Below, one piece after another: positions 11,087 through 25,224 of a DNA stretch of 64,000 bases. Below the pieces are notes generated by a model, which was not told the DNA's origin, ran no database searches, and saw nothing but the letters and a program-made list of their open reading frames with translations. Every line of letters starts with the position of its first letter. Position 1 is the first letter of the stretch. Made by a program: the position numbers and the translations under genes. Origin of the DNA: Selaginella moellendorffii (taxonomy: Eukaryota > Plantae > Lycopodiophyta); NCBI RefSeq assembly GCF_000143415.4, contig NW_003314369.1:124001-188000 (forward strand). Direction: 5' to 3'.

Positions 11087-14026
11087 AAAGCTGGTGCATT
11101 GTCAATACCCAAAATCAGAACGATCGAAGGTACCTCTCCATACTTCTTCACTCTAAACGGAATGAGCTCAACCCAGAGATGCATGCTACAAAGTGTGAAG
11201 CAGTAAGTACTGGGCTGGGCTGTGCTGGATTCACGAGCTGTACAGCCCAGGAAGGGCTGGCCTAAACGACGAAGCAGCCTGATCACCTGCTGCAATCTGA
11301 TCATCAATTGAGGTGCTTACGAGTTGCATCTTCAACTGATTTACGAACAGTCCAAAAATTTTAGCAATTGGCGAACTCTCTAGTGGACAAAGTTTAGACG
11401 TTGCACAAGTTTTCTCTGAGATCAAGTATCAGGATGGCGTTTATTGGTCTCGGGATATGCAACGTGTGGAGATCGCGTTCTGGCACTCTTGAAGTTCTTC
11501 TCACGCTGCAAGAACAAGGTTGTGAGCCAGATGTGTCACAGTTTCAGTAGCTGCATAGAGAAGGAAGAAGCTCAGCGATCTGGGGAAAACAGTGAAGATC
11601 AACAGCAAAAAAGAAAAGACTTGACTAGAGTTTGGAATCAATTCCATGGTGCTTAATACTTGACTCTCCTTCTTGCGTTCCCTAGGGCATAGCAGGTGGC
11701 TCTAGCTTCGTGGAGGAGTCACACAGGAGGCGGAGGGACCATGAGTGGTGGCAGGAGTTCTGTGCTTGAGAGAGTTTTGCTTAAGTTTCACTTTGTACTT
11801 TTTTAATCCATAAGGGACATTGAGTAATGTAACTTGTGATTTTTAGACATGTTTGAAATTTACAAATGATTTCTCTTAGCTGTTTTTAAAGCTAAAGAGT
11901 GACGATTTATCCCACTAGGATTACCAAAAGTGAATAAAGTTTTTTTCTGTTTATGATCACATTCTTGCCTCTACTTGTAAAATAGTGACAAACAAACAGA
12001 TACAAAAATGTAGAGAAGATAATAAGAGAAGAAAAATGAAAAAAGAATAAAAGAGAACTCAACTTTAAACCCCAAAAGTTAATTTAATGCAAATGCATAT
12101 AATATGGTTATTTTTTAACACATCTAAGTGTTATTTATATACTTATAATCATTCATAACTGCTTCATGCTTGTTTATGACGAATGTTGCCTAAATCAAGT
12201 TTTTTTTCAAACTTAAGCATAACTTCATTTTGCCTAAATTTTCTTCTTTTACTTTGCCTAAAATGATATATAAGATAAAACATTGGCAGCCGTTTCACCG
12301 AAGCTAAGAGCTGGCATTCCAAAGCTAGAGCCTTCCCACTCAAATGAGAAGAAGTATGTTGTGCAATCTGATTAATGTGAGATATAGGAGTTGGATCTTG
12401 TCACACATATATGGACTTCCTCTTCCACAAGGGCTGCTATTTGGTTCAATTGGATGATAACAAGCAGCAGGTGATGCTCAAGCAAGGCTCCATATAGTTG
12501 GCCAAGTTAGCACTCAAAGGACTTGGTCTTCCAATTGAGCTCTTCCAATTGAACCCATACAAGATTGACTCAATCAATCTTTTCACAAAATGAAGCTCAA
12601 GATATTATGAGAAAGAGCAGTATAGATTTCATGTGCGATTTGATTGTGTGTGATTTCTTTTGTGTGCTCATTCTAAACCAAATATATTTCTGTAATAAAT
12701 AAAAATCTAAATAAATTTATAATAATAATAATAAAGATAATAATACAGATTATATTTAGGTATATTCAATGCTATCACTAAATGTGGCAAGGTAGGACTC
12801 CAAACCAACTCCTTACTCATGGTAAGCAATGTTCCTAGGGGTGATGTCCTTGTCGATTATAGTCCAAAATTGAACTCCTTTATGGAAATTAGGACAATTG
12901 GATATAAGTTCCATTCCTATTATCACTTTGTATGTTTTTCTATTGTTATTCAGGAAAACATCCTCCTTATCTCTACTATCATAGCTGTCCACATTTAGAA
13001 TTCTTGCCTTCATCAATAATGCATTCTACAATCTTTTTTTAATGTGAGAAGAGAAGACCTTTGGCTGAACGCTTATCCCAACTTGCGAGATTGGAAATTT
13101 TCTATCATCTCTGGAAAATCCTAAAAAGTTATTAATTTTTTTCAAAGATCATTTACTGAAAGTAGTAGTTGATGTTGGAGTGGGTGCCAAGATTTCTTTG
13201 TCCATTTTAATAGGTTCTGATGGAATTAGATCCTCTAGTGGAGTTTCATTTCATGTAGTTTAAGCATAAATCCTTCTCCCAATCTAAAACAGAAAGAAAG
13301 AAAAAATGGATAGCATAATGGAAAGCATTAACAAATCCATTCCATAAAATTTTTTATAGCATTTGTAATCCACTTGAATATTATAAAGAAAAGTAGGTTT
13401 TTTATTTATTTCTTATTCCTTTTTATCTAAGCATGATATATTTTCATAGTGAATCTCCATGCTAACTTCTTATGGAACTTGTTGTGATTCATAGAAGTTG
13501 CTCAGCCTAGAATTCAAACACTCAAATAGAAAGAATATGAAAATTTAATGAACTAGGCTTCTCATTCACAAGGCAAAAATTTGTAAGTGATTCCCTTCTC
13601 TTTCTCCTTTGTAGTGATTGGGTTGTCAACCTTCCTTCTTTAAAAAACGAGCTCAATACAAATCCATTTGTTTCTTCTCCAATTCCTTAGAATTTTATTA
13701 CTAATTCCGTCAAACCCCTTGTTTTGACAACATGAGCTCAACACAAATCTATTTTTTCTTTTCCATTACTTTAGTATTTTATTATTAATTCCGTCAACTT
13801 CCAAGAGTTATATCGGTATTAAACCCTAGAATAATAGGCATAAACTTGAACATAAAATATGACTAGGTTTAATATTTTCATTGTCTTCTCTTTTATTGAT
13901 AATGAGCTTTATTATATTGTCTACTAAGATGAGGTTAAAAATGGCAAAGCCAATAGTTGCTTAAACCTTTTTTATGATTATTGAACTCCCAACCTTAGGT
14001 CACTAAACAGAGGTTCCAATAATAAC

Positions 14027-14733
14027 GTGGACTTGAAAAAGGGCTACAGCTCGGACCACCGCGGCCATCTCTGGGAGCATGAAGCGATACTCAGTGATGC
14101 TGAAATCGGGCCGGTTGCGAAAATGTTTCGAAAGCTCCTCACTAACGTACGAGCTGACATCGAGTGCCACCCGAACTGCTGGCAAATCCGCCAGTGCGTG
14201 TGGGAGCCAAATGACTCCTACAATGATCTTGGCAAGGTCTACCAGCATGCAGCACGACTGGTACTCGGCCACTGTACCACGGAAAATGTTGACACGCGCA
14301 ACTTCACAAAGTGCTGCTGGTTCCAAAGGAACAAACTTGCAACCTTACCTGACTTGGCTATTGGGATGTCCATCCGACCAGGGTGGTATTGGGTAATGCT
14401 TACCAGTGGTGCGACAACTACGTGGAGTTTAAAAACGACAAATCCAAGCTTGCTGAGGGGTGTGGCCAGGTTCTGGACAGGGCAGAGAAGCACCAGAAAG
14501 GTGCTTGGGCCAAGAAGAAGGTGGTGTTGGGCAGTGTGTCTACAGGCACAGATATACTACCTATGGTCGTATTCACAGATGTGGTTGTTGGCTCTCATGT
14601 TGTCAAAGGTGTCAGGTGGAGCTTGGAGAGTGAAGGTGTGACACCAGGAGTGGTGCATGTGGATAGTTTGGTGCTGCCGAAGCCTTCCAGATCTTCTGTG
14701 CCTTGCACTTTTCGGGCAGTGGTTTCACCATGA
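14027..14733 (+). pseudogene. Unidentified gene-like fragment with apparent frameshift near 14365
   Basis: GC-richer island with overlapping ORFs 14027-14641 and 14383-14733. No recognisable domain. Confidence 0.25.
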
Positions 14734-15723
14734 AGGCAGGAGCTGGTGTTCCAAAGCTGGAGCCTTCCCGCTCATATGAGAAGTATGTAATAGAGCTGTT
14801 TCATACTATACTCTTAATTTATGCACGCAGGTGTGACAAAGCTGGATGTGGATGACCCACGCTACACGTTCATTGGCGATTTCAAGGTCCTCAAAATTAT
14901 AAAGAAGAAAAAGTGTATCTGCGGGGAGTCGATTCAGGAGATTGCTGAGCCGGACAAGGATAAGCATGACTCCTGCTGTTACTGCTCTTCTTGCTGCTAG
15001 TTTCATCGACAACTAGAAGTTTTAATCTTGTTTGCTTGCCTTTCCTAGTTTTCCGATACTACATATATTCTGTCAAGTTTTCATCTTTGTGGATTCAAAG
15101 GATAGTAGTAAGAACATCTGTACGTCCTGGAAACGAAACTCTTCAATAGAAAATCCTCAGTCGTAGCCACTATGATTTGAGGCCTTTTGCCGCTGTTGGC
15201 ACAGTGACATGTGTTCAAAGTCCAGCGTCAAGATAAACAAGGTCACATTGCTAGTTAAATCTCGCGTCAATTGTTGGCCTTGCGTGAATCTTCATGATGC
15301 CGTCTTCACATAAGCTTTGGAATCAACTTGATTTTGAAGCTAAATACCTGGTTGTGTGTTTCAACAGCAAAACTCTAGCACTTAACATCTGAGCTTTGCT
15401 GTAGGCAAACGTCCCCGGGACAAGGTCCAGGATTTCCATGGTGGACAACTGTTGCAAATAACAGAAAAAGAAAGTGTATCAGCAAGAACTTGCAGAAAAA
15501 AGAAAGAAAATTACCATTCTCTACAACCGAAGAAAACAGCTCCTTGTCAAAACACTCTCGGTGGAAGTTGACGTCCTTGTTGTTGTTCCTGCCGAAGCTT
15601 AGTGAGATCCAATGCAACGTACGTGGAGGTCCAGAACAAGGATCTCAATCTTTGGCATTTTCGGCAGAAGCTCACTCAGTTCTTCCTGTTGCTCGTTTAC
15701 CCAGCAGCCATTCCTCAGCCACA

Positions 15724-16790
15724 GAGATCAGGAAGGAGTACGAGGATAAACTCCACGACCTGAGCTACTGCACCTGCAAGTTGTTCGAAGCCCTCAATCA
15801 ACGCATGCACCATGAGCTCCATGACCAAGTGAACCACTTCCCAACACTAGCCGACATTGCACAGCACCTCAAGCAAGACTTCTTCATATACACCCAGGGA
15901 GTTATCAAGAAGGAGTTCTACGAGCCCTTAAACCACTGGCTCGACAGTCAGCTCGAGGAGATGAAGCAGATCTGCACCGACCTCTAGGACATCAGGAAGA
16001 TCATCTCCAAGCAGCCATCAGCAGCTCTTGAACTCACTTACAAGTTCAAGTATGACGAGCTCAACACCCACTACCAAAAGCTCGAGGATGATCATACCAC
16101 CCTCCTGGCCGAGGTAGTTGAGCTCCAGGAAGATGGGACAGATCCACCAGACAATGTCCCCAACCACAAGCTCACACTCCTGCAGCAGAAGCGTTGCCTC
16201 TATTGACTCGAGCAGCAGCAACAACAAGCAATGGAGATTGACTACGCTCACTCAAATAGTTGCACATTAATTTTGCTTGTTGCTGCTGTTGCTCGAGTTG
16301 ATAGAGGGGACGCTTCTGCTGTGGGAGTGTGCTCGTGGTTAGGGACACTGTCTGGTGGATCTGTCCTGTCTTCCTGGAGCTCGGCTATCTCCACCAGGAG
16401 GGCGGTATGATCATCCTTGAGCTTCTGGTAGTGGGTGTTGAGCTCATCGTACTTGAACTTGTAGGTGAGTTCATGAGCTGCTGATGGGGTTGATGGCTGC
16501 TTGGAGACAATCTTTATGATGTCCCTGAGGTTGGTGTGGATCTGCTTCATCTCCTCGAGATGAGTGTCGAGCCAGTGGTTTAAGGGCTCATAGAACTCCT
16601 TCTTGATTGCTCCCCAGGTGTATATGAAGGAGTCTTGCTTGAGAAGGTGCTGTGTGATGTCGGCTGGTGTTGGGAAGTGGTTCACTTGGTCGTGGAGCTC
16701 ACGGTGCATGCATTGATCGAGGGCTTCGAACAACTTGCGGGTGCAGTAGCTCGGGTCACGGAGTTTATCCTTGTATTGCTTCCTGATCTC
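15724..16790. repeat. Inverted repeat, arms ~15724-16231 and ~16273-16790, short spacer
   Basis: The + ORF (FEALNQRMHHELHDQVNHFPT) and the - ORF (FEALDQCMHRELHDQVNHFPT) are diverged copies facing each other. Confidence 0.9.
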
Positions 16791-17990
16791 GTTGTAATCA
16801 CAGCGTACCTGACTCTGTGGCTAAGGCATGGCTGCTGCTCCTGCTCCTGCTCCATGATCCTGGTGTTCCTTGCTAGGGTTCACTGTGTTCTTGATCTTGG
16901 GATTTGAAGTTGCTGGAGGCTTAATCTGCTTCGTTGGATGTGGGTGGTGTGGTCGGTCCAGATGCTTGTTTCGAATTGATGCTAGATGAACGGCCCAAAT
17001 GTGGCACTGAAATTAATGTATCCACTGGGGTTGAACGGCCCACTTGAAATTTTGTTGAAGGGGCAGAATTTTTGCTGATGCTTGTCGCGGCATTTGCTGG
17101 AGGAGGCATGGTTGCGTGTTCTGCGAGTTATCAGCGAAGGTAGTCGATGTTTTCCTTCCTGGAGCTTCTCGAGGGGGTCGGGGCGGTGAGAATGACGTTC
17201 TCAGCTGGTGGAGAAACCAAGTCCTGGGCGAGCAGCTGACGTTTTCCTTTGGAGATGTTGAGTTGTTGGTGAGAAGAAGTCGGTTTTGGGGCTGATTTGA
17301 GTGGATCTGGGCACTGGGGTGAGTGTGGAAGCTGGTGTGAGTTGTCTTCATTGTTGCTGATGATGGGATGCTCTCAGAGCAGCAGCTTTTGAGCTGGATT
17401 CGCTGGAGGCAGCAGCAAAGTGGAGTTGAATCATTGAAGTGTTTGTTGCTGGAGCTGGTGTTGCGGGAGTGGATTGTTGAGTGTAGTGAGGATGGCATGG
17501 TTGAGAAGCTTGAGAAGGAGCTCGTGGAGATGATGAGCCACGTTCACACGTTTGCCGTTGAGTAGAGCTCTGTAGACCTCTACTGTGCACTTGCTGATGG
17601 TGTGATCCGTTGGGTGAAGTTCGTAGTAGAAGAGGAGGGCTTTGAGGCGATCCATATGCTGCTCTTCAATGTCCTCCCATGTGAGCTCACTGGTAATCTC
17701 TTGATTCACCTTGATGATTTGCTGTGGAACTTCTCCTGAGAATTTGAGTAGACCCTTGTTGGAGATTTTGAAAACGGAAGCAATTCTTGCTGGGCTGAGG
17801 GTGATCTTGTTGGTGCCATTGGTTATGGTGCTGTTCTTGGGGTTGAAGGAGGTGGCCAGCTTCCTCACCAGCTTTTGGTCAAGGTGTGTTCAAAAGGCCT
17901 TGTGGAAGAGCTCGAATCCATGGTCCTTGAGCCAGGCGGTTGTGTTGTTGCTGGGAAGCCTAGGAATATGGTGCATGACATACCTGAGAT
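16248..17990 (-). pseudogene. Extra ORF downstream of integrase, with a plant-transposon-protein-like N-terminal part and a coiled-coil C-terminal part
   Basis: PKLVRKLATSFNPKNSTITNGTNKITLSPARIASVFKISNKG resembles the P.LVREFY...I.lsp..I...L.lp motif of 3' extra ORFs in Athila/SIRE-like elements. Broken by stops and frameshifts. Confidence 0.5.
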
Positions 17991-20326
17991 GCCGGGGTGG
18001 ATGAGCTTGCATTTTCTATGATTGAAGTGCTTGGCTCGTTAGGGTTCCTGAGACCCATAACTTTTGGTTGGCTGATCATGTGGCACTCGATTGCTGGTGA
18101 TGAACGGTAGAGATTTGTTGACCGAATTGATCTCGTTTGACTTGGCTTAATTGAAGATCAACGGTGGAGATTGCTGATGAAGTTAACTCAAGTTCAACTG
18201 TTGAGATCTGCTGAGGTGGCATTGATCCGACCGTAGCTTTGGACTTAGAGATTTTGGTGGGTGAGTTCATGTTGAGTCGAGTTGAGTTGTGTCAAATTGA
18301 GTTGAGTTGAAGTTTGTTTGTCGGGGTGATTGTTGACTGTTGGTTTTGGGGTGTTTGTCAGTTCAGGCTGATGCTGAACATGTCAATGTGATATGGTCGA
18401 AGCTTGTTGAGTTTGACGATCTCACTGAAGTCTTCAGCGAGTGTGCTGACTTTGGCAGTGCCATTGGGGTAGAGTGTAATGATTTTGAAAGGTCCTTGCC
18501 AGTTGGTGGGGAGTTTTCGGCCAAGTTTGCTGATGGGTCCCCGGTACCAAAGAACATGATCGTCAATGCTATATTCCGGAATGCTTGTTGGTCATGCCGA
18601 GCTTTTCTCTGTTTTTGGATGGCGTGAAGTGTCCAGAAGGCGTTAAGTCAAAGTTCATTGAGACGTTCGAGTTGCTGAAGCCTTTCTCAAATTGCGTGTC
18701 AGGTGTCAAGATTATACTTGACAGTAACTTGCATGCTTGGGATGATGAATTTGATTGGTGTGATGGCTTCTGTTCCGAAGGCGAGTTTGAATGGCGTCAT
18801 ATTGGTGGTGACTTCATATGCAGTTCGATAGGCCCAAAGTATGTCGAGAAGTTTTTCGTCCCAGTCTTTGCTGGAATCGTTGATGACTTTTTTGAGGATG
18901 GTCTTCAGTGTTTTTTTTGTTGCTTCTGCTTGACCGTTGCCTTAAGGATAGTATGGTGTCGACGTTTTGTGTCAGATTTTGAACTCGGTGGCAAGATGTT
19001 CAATTGTTTCGTTGATGAAGTGGGTGCCTCTGTTGGTGACGAGTTCATGTGGTGTGCCAAAACGAGTGATGATATTTTTTTAGATGAAGGTTGCTGTTGC
19101 TTTTGCTGTGGCATGTTGGAGAGGTATTTCTTAGGCCCACTTGGTTGTTGAGTTTGAGTTTTCGGCAGTAATCAGTGTCTTTGACATGTGTTGCAGCATT
19201 TGCAGCATTCTTCAGTATTGTGCCAGAGTGTTGGCCACCAGAGGCCGGCTTGAAGAATCTTCCGAGTTGTGGTGTCAGCGGCGAAGTGTCTGCCGGAAGG
19301 TCCAGTGTGAGCTTCCTTGATGATGTGAGTTGTGCTTGGTGGCTTGATGCATCAGCGAAGAATGTTGTCAATGCCGAGTTTGTAGAGACTGCTGCCGATG
19401 ACTGAGTATCGGTGGGTCTTAGTGATGAAAGTCTTCTTTTGGTTGGACATGATGTACCGGTCCGGAACTTTTGCTGAGTTCAGGTAACTGAAGACGTCAT
19501 TGAGCCAGGTTGCCAGTATTGAAAATCGGAACAGGTTTGAGTTGGGTAAGTTGTCAGTGAGTCTTTCAGGTTTGTCACCAGTGGTGATCCGGCTGAGATA
19601 GCTGGCTTTCTTGTGATTTTTGGCGGGTTTGTGGACAATTTCGAAGTTGTATTCTTGTAGTAAAAGCTCTATTTCGTTAAAGTGGGATTTATTCAGTAAA
19701 ATGGGACTAGGTACAAATTTTCAAGTATTTGAAAATGACGTGAAATTATATGTTTTTTGTCCAGGGGCTAGACATATCTGGGGCATGGTGACTAGCGCGG
19801 TGACTTTATGTCCAGACTGAGTCCATCTGGTTGTATAATAAATCTCATTGTCAAGGTGAACAAGCTGAATCTGAAGCTAAAGAAGAGCGATGGCATGCGC
19901 GCACACACTATTTGTTTGTTCATTGAGCGTGTGGTGAGCTTTCCAAGATGAACGTCATTCCTATTAGCCAGACATATCACTTAATGGTGAGAACATTTAG
20001 ATATTATTCAATGTTATCTTTTTCTAACGAATCTAATTGTGAAGGTGTAGCAAGAGGCATTGCTAGTCTGGAGAAGTCATTTAACTCATTTGACCACCCT
20101 TAGTGTATTTTCATGAAACTAAATAACATTCATATTATTAAGGAATTTCTCTAGTACCTTTTTTTTACGACATAGAGGCTTGCATTTCTTTCAAAGGTGA
20201 TTTAGTAAAAGGCCTGAGGGCACATGCCATTCTATTTCTCAGACCGGTATTAAGATATACTAGTGCAAAGGGAAAAAGGTATTTGGTGATCAAGTAAATG
20301 GCATAAGGGCACACGCCATTATAAGC

Positions 20327-23300
20327 CTAAGCGCTAGTGGACACCTCCTTTTTGGTACTCTCAGCGGTACTATCATCCTTCTCCGGGTCAGTTGTTTTGC
20401 TTTGGATTGTTGTCTCTGACGTTACTGGGGCGTTCTCGATAGTTGTTAATATTGCCGTTTGTTCAGAAAAATGATCACATGGAGTATAGTACGGGGAGTT
20501 TGGAAGACTTATATATTCTACATCTTCACCTATCTCCTTCTCCGTCTCCTTTTCTGCCTCACTTACAGATTTTGTGCTTGCCATGAGAACGCTCTTCACC
20601 CTAAAATATGGAGTTCGTTGTGTTATAAAAGGAAACCAACACACACGCTGCAAGGGAATGATGGTACATAAAGTACGTAAGCCCACAATATGGGTTTATG
20701 TGCCATTAATATGGGCCATACGCCATATTATTAGATTTATGCACGTGTGATTGGTAAATGCATATGTCACATCATCTTTGTTTTACCTCACACACTATAT
20801 CAGGCCTCCTCTGATTCAGATTCGGATTGTTCACCTTGAAATAAAATACATTAGAAACTTAGTAAAGGAATATTAATGAATCTCACCTTGAACCCGGGTT
20901 ATGAATGCTCTTGCTGCATCTCTTGCATGGTCTGGCAAGGTGATGGTGGCACTCTACTTCCGCATCCAACCATGCACAACATTATCCACCGATATGCTCA
21001 TGCTGGGATCCTTTGGATTCAGCACCCATCTCTTTTCTAGGCAATCCTTCGTATATCCGGAACTTGGCTTGAACCACTCCACAGTTACATTGAAGGAGTT
21101 AGTTTCCGCGTCCTCCTCTGCATCAGTGATGCAGCGCCCCACCCATATCATTTGTTTTTTATTACTGGGTCTGACAAGCACGACCATTCCTTTGCAGACC
21201 TGTACTGGATTGAATGCTGAATCCGGCTTCTTGTTCCTCGGCCCACAATAGTGATCCTCAACATTGTTATCTGTCACTGCATTTCCAGACGACATTGTTC
21301 TGCTACTATCTGGTGCTCTGGGTTCTGGCCAAAAGGACTCTTCCAATTCTTCATATACAACCGGCCCATTTTGGATAGCAGATATAATCTTCTCCCAGTA
21401 TTCGAGCAAAGGCTTGCACCTCTGAAAATAGGATTCTCCACCAAACACCAACCCCCTCTTCCAGAAGGCAATATGCTGTCTAATCCCAGCCACTATACTT
21501 TCCTGGTCTTTGAGTCCATCCGGGTGCATCGGCCGTGGGGAACCCTGAGGAATCATAGGTTCCCCAGTTATGGGATCTCTCTTGAAGAGTTCAATGCCGT
21601 CCACTGGCAGCCACACTGTGTCCCATTCTCTCATCTTGTACCTCATCACTGGAGCACCGTCACACATGCTGAAATGAAACTGAAGAGGCTTGGAGTGGCC
21701 AATCAGCGTTTCGGATCCGTCCCTGATGTAGCCTCTTACAAACCCCTTAAAGTCTGGAACCTCTGTCAGAAGTGCAGCTTCAACAGTGCCTTTGATGCAA
21801 TTTTGGAATTCATCGTAGAGTTGTGGGAGGGTGAGGACATTGGATCGCCGGAGGGACTCTGCCAGGTGACTGAACATGGCATCGACGTCTTCATGAGTGT
21901 GCCCAACCATGAGAAAGCCAAGTGTAACCGTTTCAAATATGCCTTTGGCAACAAGCATCGCCAAGTACGCGAAGACGTACATGTTTTTGTTCTCACTGCC
22001 AGCATTGTCTGTTTGGAGCAGAAGATGGGGTGGAAGGCCACATCGGCCGCAAGAACTTCCTTGAGATTCTGCTTCGTTTGGATGAGGCTGTGCATTCACC
22101 GGGCGACCAGCCTCGTCGGAATGGCATGAGGCCTCACGTGATAACCCTACAATCTGACGGCCAACATATTCACTGGGATGGCATGGGGCCCCACGCGATA
22201 CTGCAAGCCTTTGCTCCTCCTCCAGCTGAACCCTATATGGGGTTCGATCGACAAGGGCCTTATGCAAGGGTTGGCCATTCAGCTCAGTCTGCGCACTTTG
22301 CAGAGACCTTAAGTGTTTTGCTAGGGACGCAATCATCATGTTTGCACCCCCGCCACCCCATAGAGGTACAAAGAAGTTCCCATAGTTCTGGGCACCATGC
22401 CCATGAGCAATTATGCCAAATAGAGACACAGGCAGCTGCATGGATGAAGAGATTGCCTTGGGGGCAGGATTGAGTCGAGGTAAGCACGTCTTTTTCTGGT
22501 CCATTTTGTCGTGGATGATGCAGAGGTAAGAGTCAGGTCTCTCCATGGAGAGAATCCTGTTATGATAATATGCAGTCCTGCAGCTTCTCTGCTCGATGTT
22601 GTGGTCGAGCCGCCTTCTAACCAACGTCTCTCGCTCTTGAGCGCTGCAAGAATTCTTCGACAAAGCCATTTTGATAGCAGTGCACTCGTCACACTTTGAA
22701 AAGCTGAAGTACTTTCCTATACTCACATCCCTGAACCTGTTGCTCCACAATCTACTAAATCTAGATTGGCTCAGCTTCCTGTAGCCATTACTCTGGAGTT
22801 CCCGATTCACATCTTCCAATATGGCCCCCTTGGTATACATGGAAGGGAGAACTCGTTGGGTGTCTCGTGTTCCATCTTCCAAGAGGCGGGTTTTATGTGG
22901 TTGCTGCTCGCTACATGTCTCAACAAACCTCTTGAAGATTGCCTCTCCATATACAACATGACCCCTGGTTTTGTGCGTACTGTCGTTCCCATGGACTGCC
23001 TGTTGAACCCTTTGTTCCTCGAACTCAGTTTTGATTCTGTAGAATGTGGTTTGAGGGACTCAATAAATGATTCTCCATGCCTTCATGCAGACCAAACCCC
23101 TCTGGAAGACCATGCCCCCCACCTGATGTTCTGAAGCATCAACAGATGACCGTAATGCCTCATACACAAAATTGCGAGCTGCCTTCCAGGACAATGTCTT
23201 GTATCTTGCTCTCTCCTCTTCAATAGCATCCCAATCAGCATGTTGACAGCACCTCCTCTTGCAACAAGCAACTGTCGAGACCATTCGAACCTCCATCGCC

Positions 23301-23941
23301 ATTTTCTGCCTTTTCGGTTCGTTGCTCAGATCCCTTTGGCTGCGCTTTAGGAAGGTGTACTTTCTTTTCCCATGAAGAGATGTTCTGTCATCAGTTGTAG
23401 TGGTGTTTGATTGTGAATCCTTCACATTCTCAAACACTAAGTGCCTCAATTTCCACCGCACAATGCTTCCAATAGTCAGACTGTTTTCTTCTGTGTTAAC
23501 AACCTCTAAAATCGCAACTCCAATATCATCCCAGCCCAATTCTTGATTAGCAACCGCATCTCTTGGATCGACAACTGTGGCTAAGCCCTCAGCTACCACC
23601 TCCCCCTCGGGGTTGTTTAGAAACACCTTCGCCTGAATCCATGTAGCACGATTCTTAAGATCCACGGAGGGAACATGCGTCGCACTTGCGCTGTCCCCAA
23701 CATTTGCTTTCTTCTAAAGATTTTTCAAGGCAACAACAACATTTACCCCGACGACCATCTCTCCTCGTTCAATAGCGACCACATTCCCATCGAAGACAGT
23801 CTCTACTGATACAGCAGCATTGCCTTCCCCAAGCCTTTGACAGTGTATAACAAAGTTCCGATCCATAGACACAAGGGTCCCTTTTGCAACTCTTTTCCCA
23901 CCATTCAAAATGTAAACCTTTTCCCCAACCCTGAAGGCCAT
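20327..23941 (-). pseudogene. Sola-like DDD/E transposase (~1000 aa main exon plus short 3' exons), three in-frame nonsense codons
   Basis: ORFs 23714-23941, 23060-23665 and 20954-22882 are all in one frame. Motifs: CCKRRC, AWRIIY*VPQTTFYRI/HGN, KCDEC, IIHDKMDQ, QTDNAGSENKN, FLMVGHTHEDVDAMF. Splice acceptor just before the ATG; donor at ~20887. Confidence 0.85.
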
Positions 23942-24304
23942 TCTGAAAGTGCAGAAAAGAAGTTAAGACCATACAAAAAATGATTGGAGAATGGCCTAAA
24001 TCATAACATACCAAACAACCTCAATAGCATGAGGCCACATGCCATTATTCAAACATGCTATTAACACCCACGTGAAATTTTGCATTCACAAAATTGGCAT
24101 GAGGCCTCATGCCATCTTGATATACACACAGCTGCAGGCAAGTAAAAACATACATGACAATACGCTAGCCATGAAATTGCAAGGGCCCAAGATGGCATGT
24201 GGCCTCATGCCATTTCTAAATGTGGTCCTAAGCCATTCCATGGTGAACATACCAGGAAGCACAAGTGCCGAATATCAAGAGGAAGCGGTAGCCACACCAA
24301 AGAC

Positions 24305-24430
24305 AGTGCCGCTCGCAACACCGCAACTACTCGTAGCGCCGCTCGCAACACCGCAACTGCTCGTAGCGCCGCTCGCACAAACTGCCACTCGCATAAACTG
24401 CCGCTCGCAATGCCGCAACCGCTCGTAGAC
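24305..24430. repeat. 30-bp tandem repeat (gccgctcgcaacaccgcaactactcgtagc) upstream of the transposase
   Basis: Two near-perfect copies followed by degenerate copies. Confidence 0.8.
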
Positions 24431-25224
24431 GCATAAACCACAGCCCACAACGCCGCTTACACAAGCAGCGCTCACTGCGCTCAGCGGAACCAAGAACACG
24501 GCGCACAAAAATGATAGACCTAGGAATGAGTTCGAGAATTCAAAAATAACACACGCTTGAATGTCACATCAAATCCTCTGACAAACCAGATCTTATGACT
24601 CCTCTGACAAATTTCAAACTGAGTAGCTTCTAGACTTTGCTGTCGGAGGTTGAACTTTGTCACATCATGTCCTTGCCTCGATCCAGCTGTGCCATGTCAG
24701 TGATTCGAACTTTGCCATGCCATGTCAGCGATCCGCGCCAAGATTATTCGCCGTGTAAAGGAATAATTATGCTCTGTGTGTACGTCCATTTATGGCAATA
24801 TAAGGCCACACGCCATTCAAAGAATAATGCTAGTTGAGCATTTTTTGGTGCATTTTTGGGTTCAAAATTGCATGAGCCCACACGCTATAAAGTTTACCTG
24901 TACCAAAAATAGAAACAGCTTTATTTACTTGGGAATTTAAGTGGTTGAGGCATTTTTAAACTTACAAACACATGCCCTACTTACATTCCTTTGGTTGCTT
25001 AAAATTCAAAAATATTATAAACCTTTCTTTTTGCATTTTCAATGTTTTCAATTATGGTTTTTGATTTTCGCAGGACCAGCCTAGTAATCTATTTGCATCC
25101 CGTCATGTTTATAGCTAGCTTTTGTTTGTCCCCTTCGCTAGCCTGAGATACATCTGCTCGGCATCTGCCTCTTACAGCATTTGCCCAGAAAGGGCATCTT
25201 TCTTCACGCAGCATTTGCCACATG

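Noticed and set aside
12780-13400. Possible decayed gene on the minus strand
   Set aside because: Only a 67-aa AT-rich ORF with no identifiable motif.
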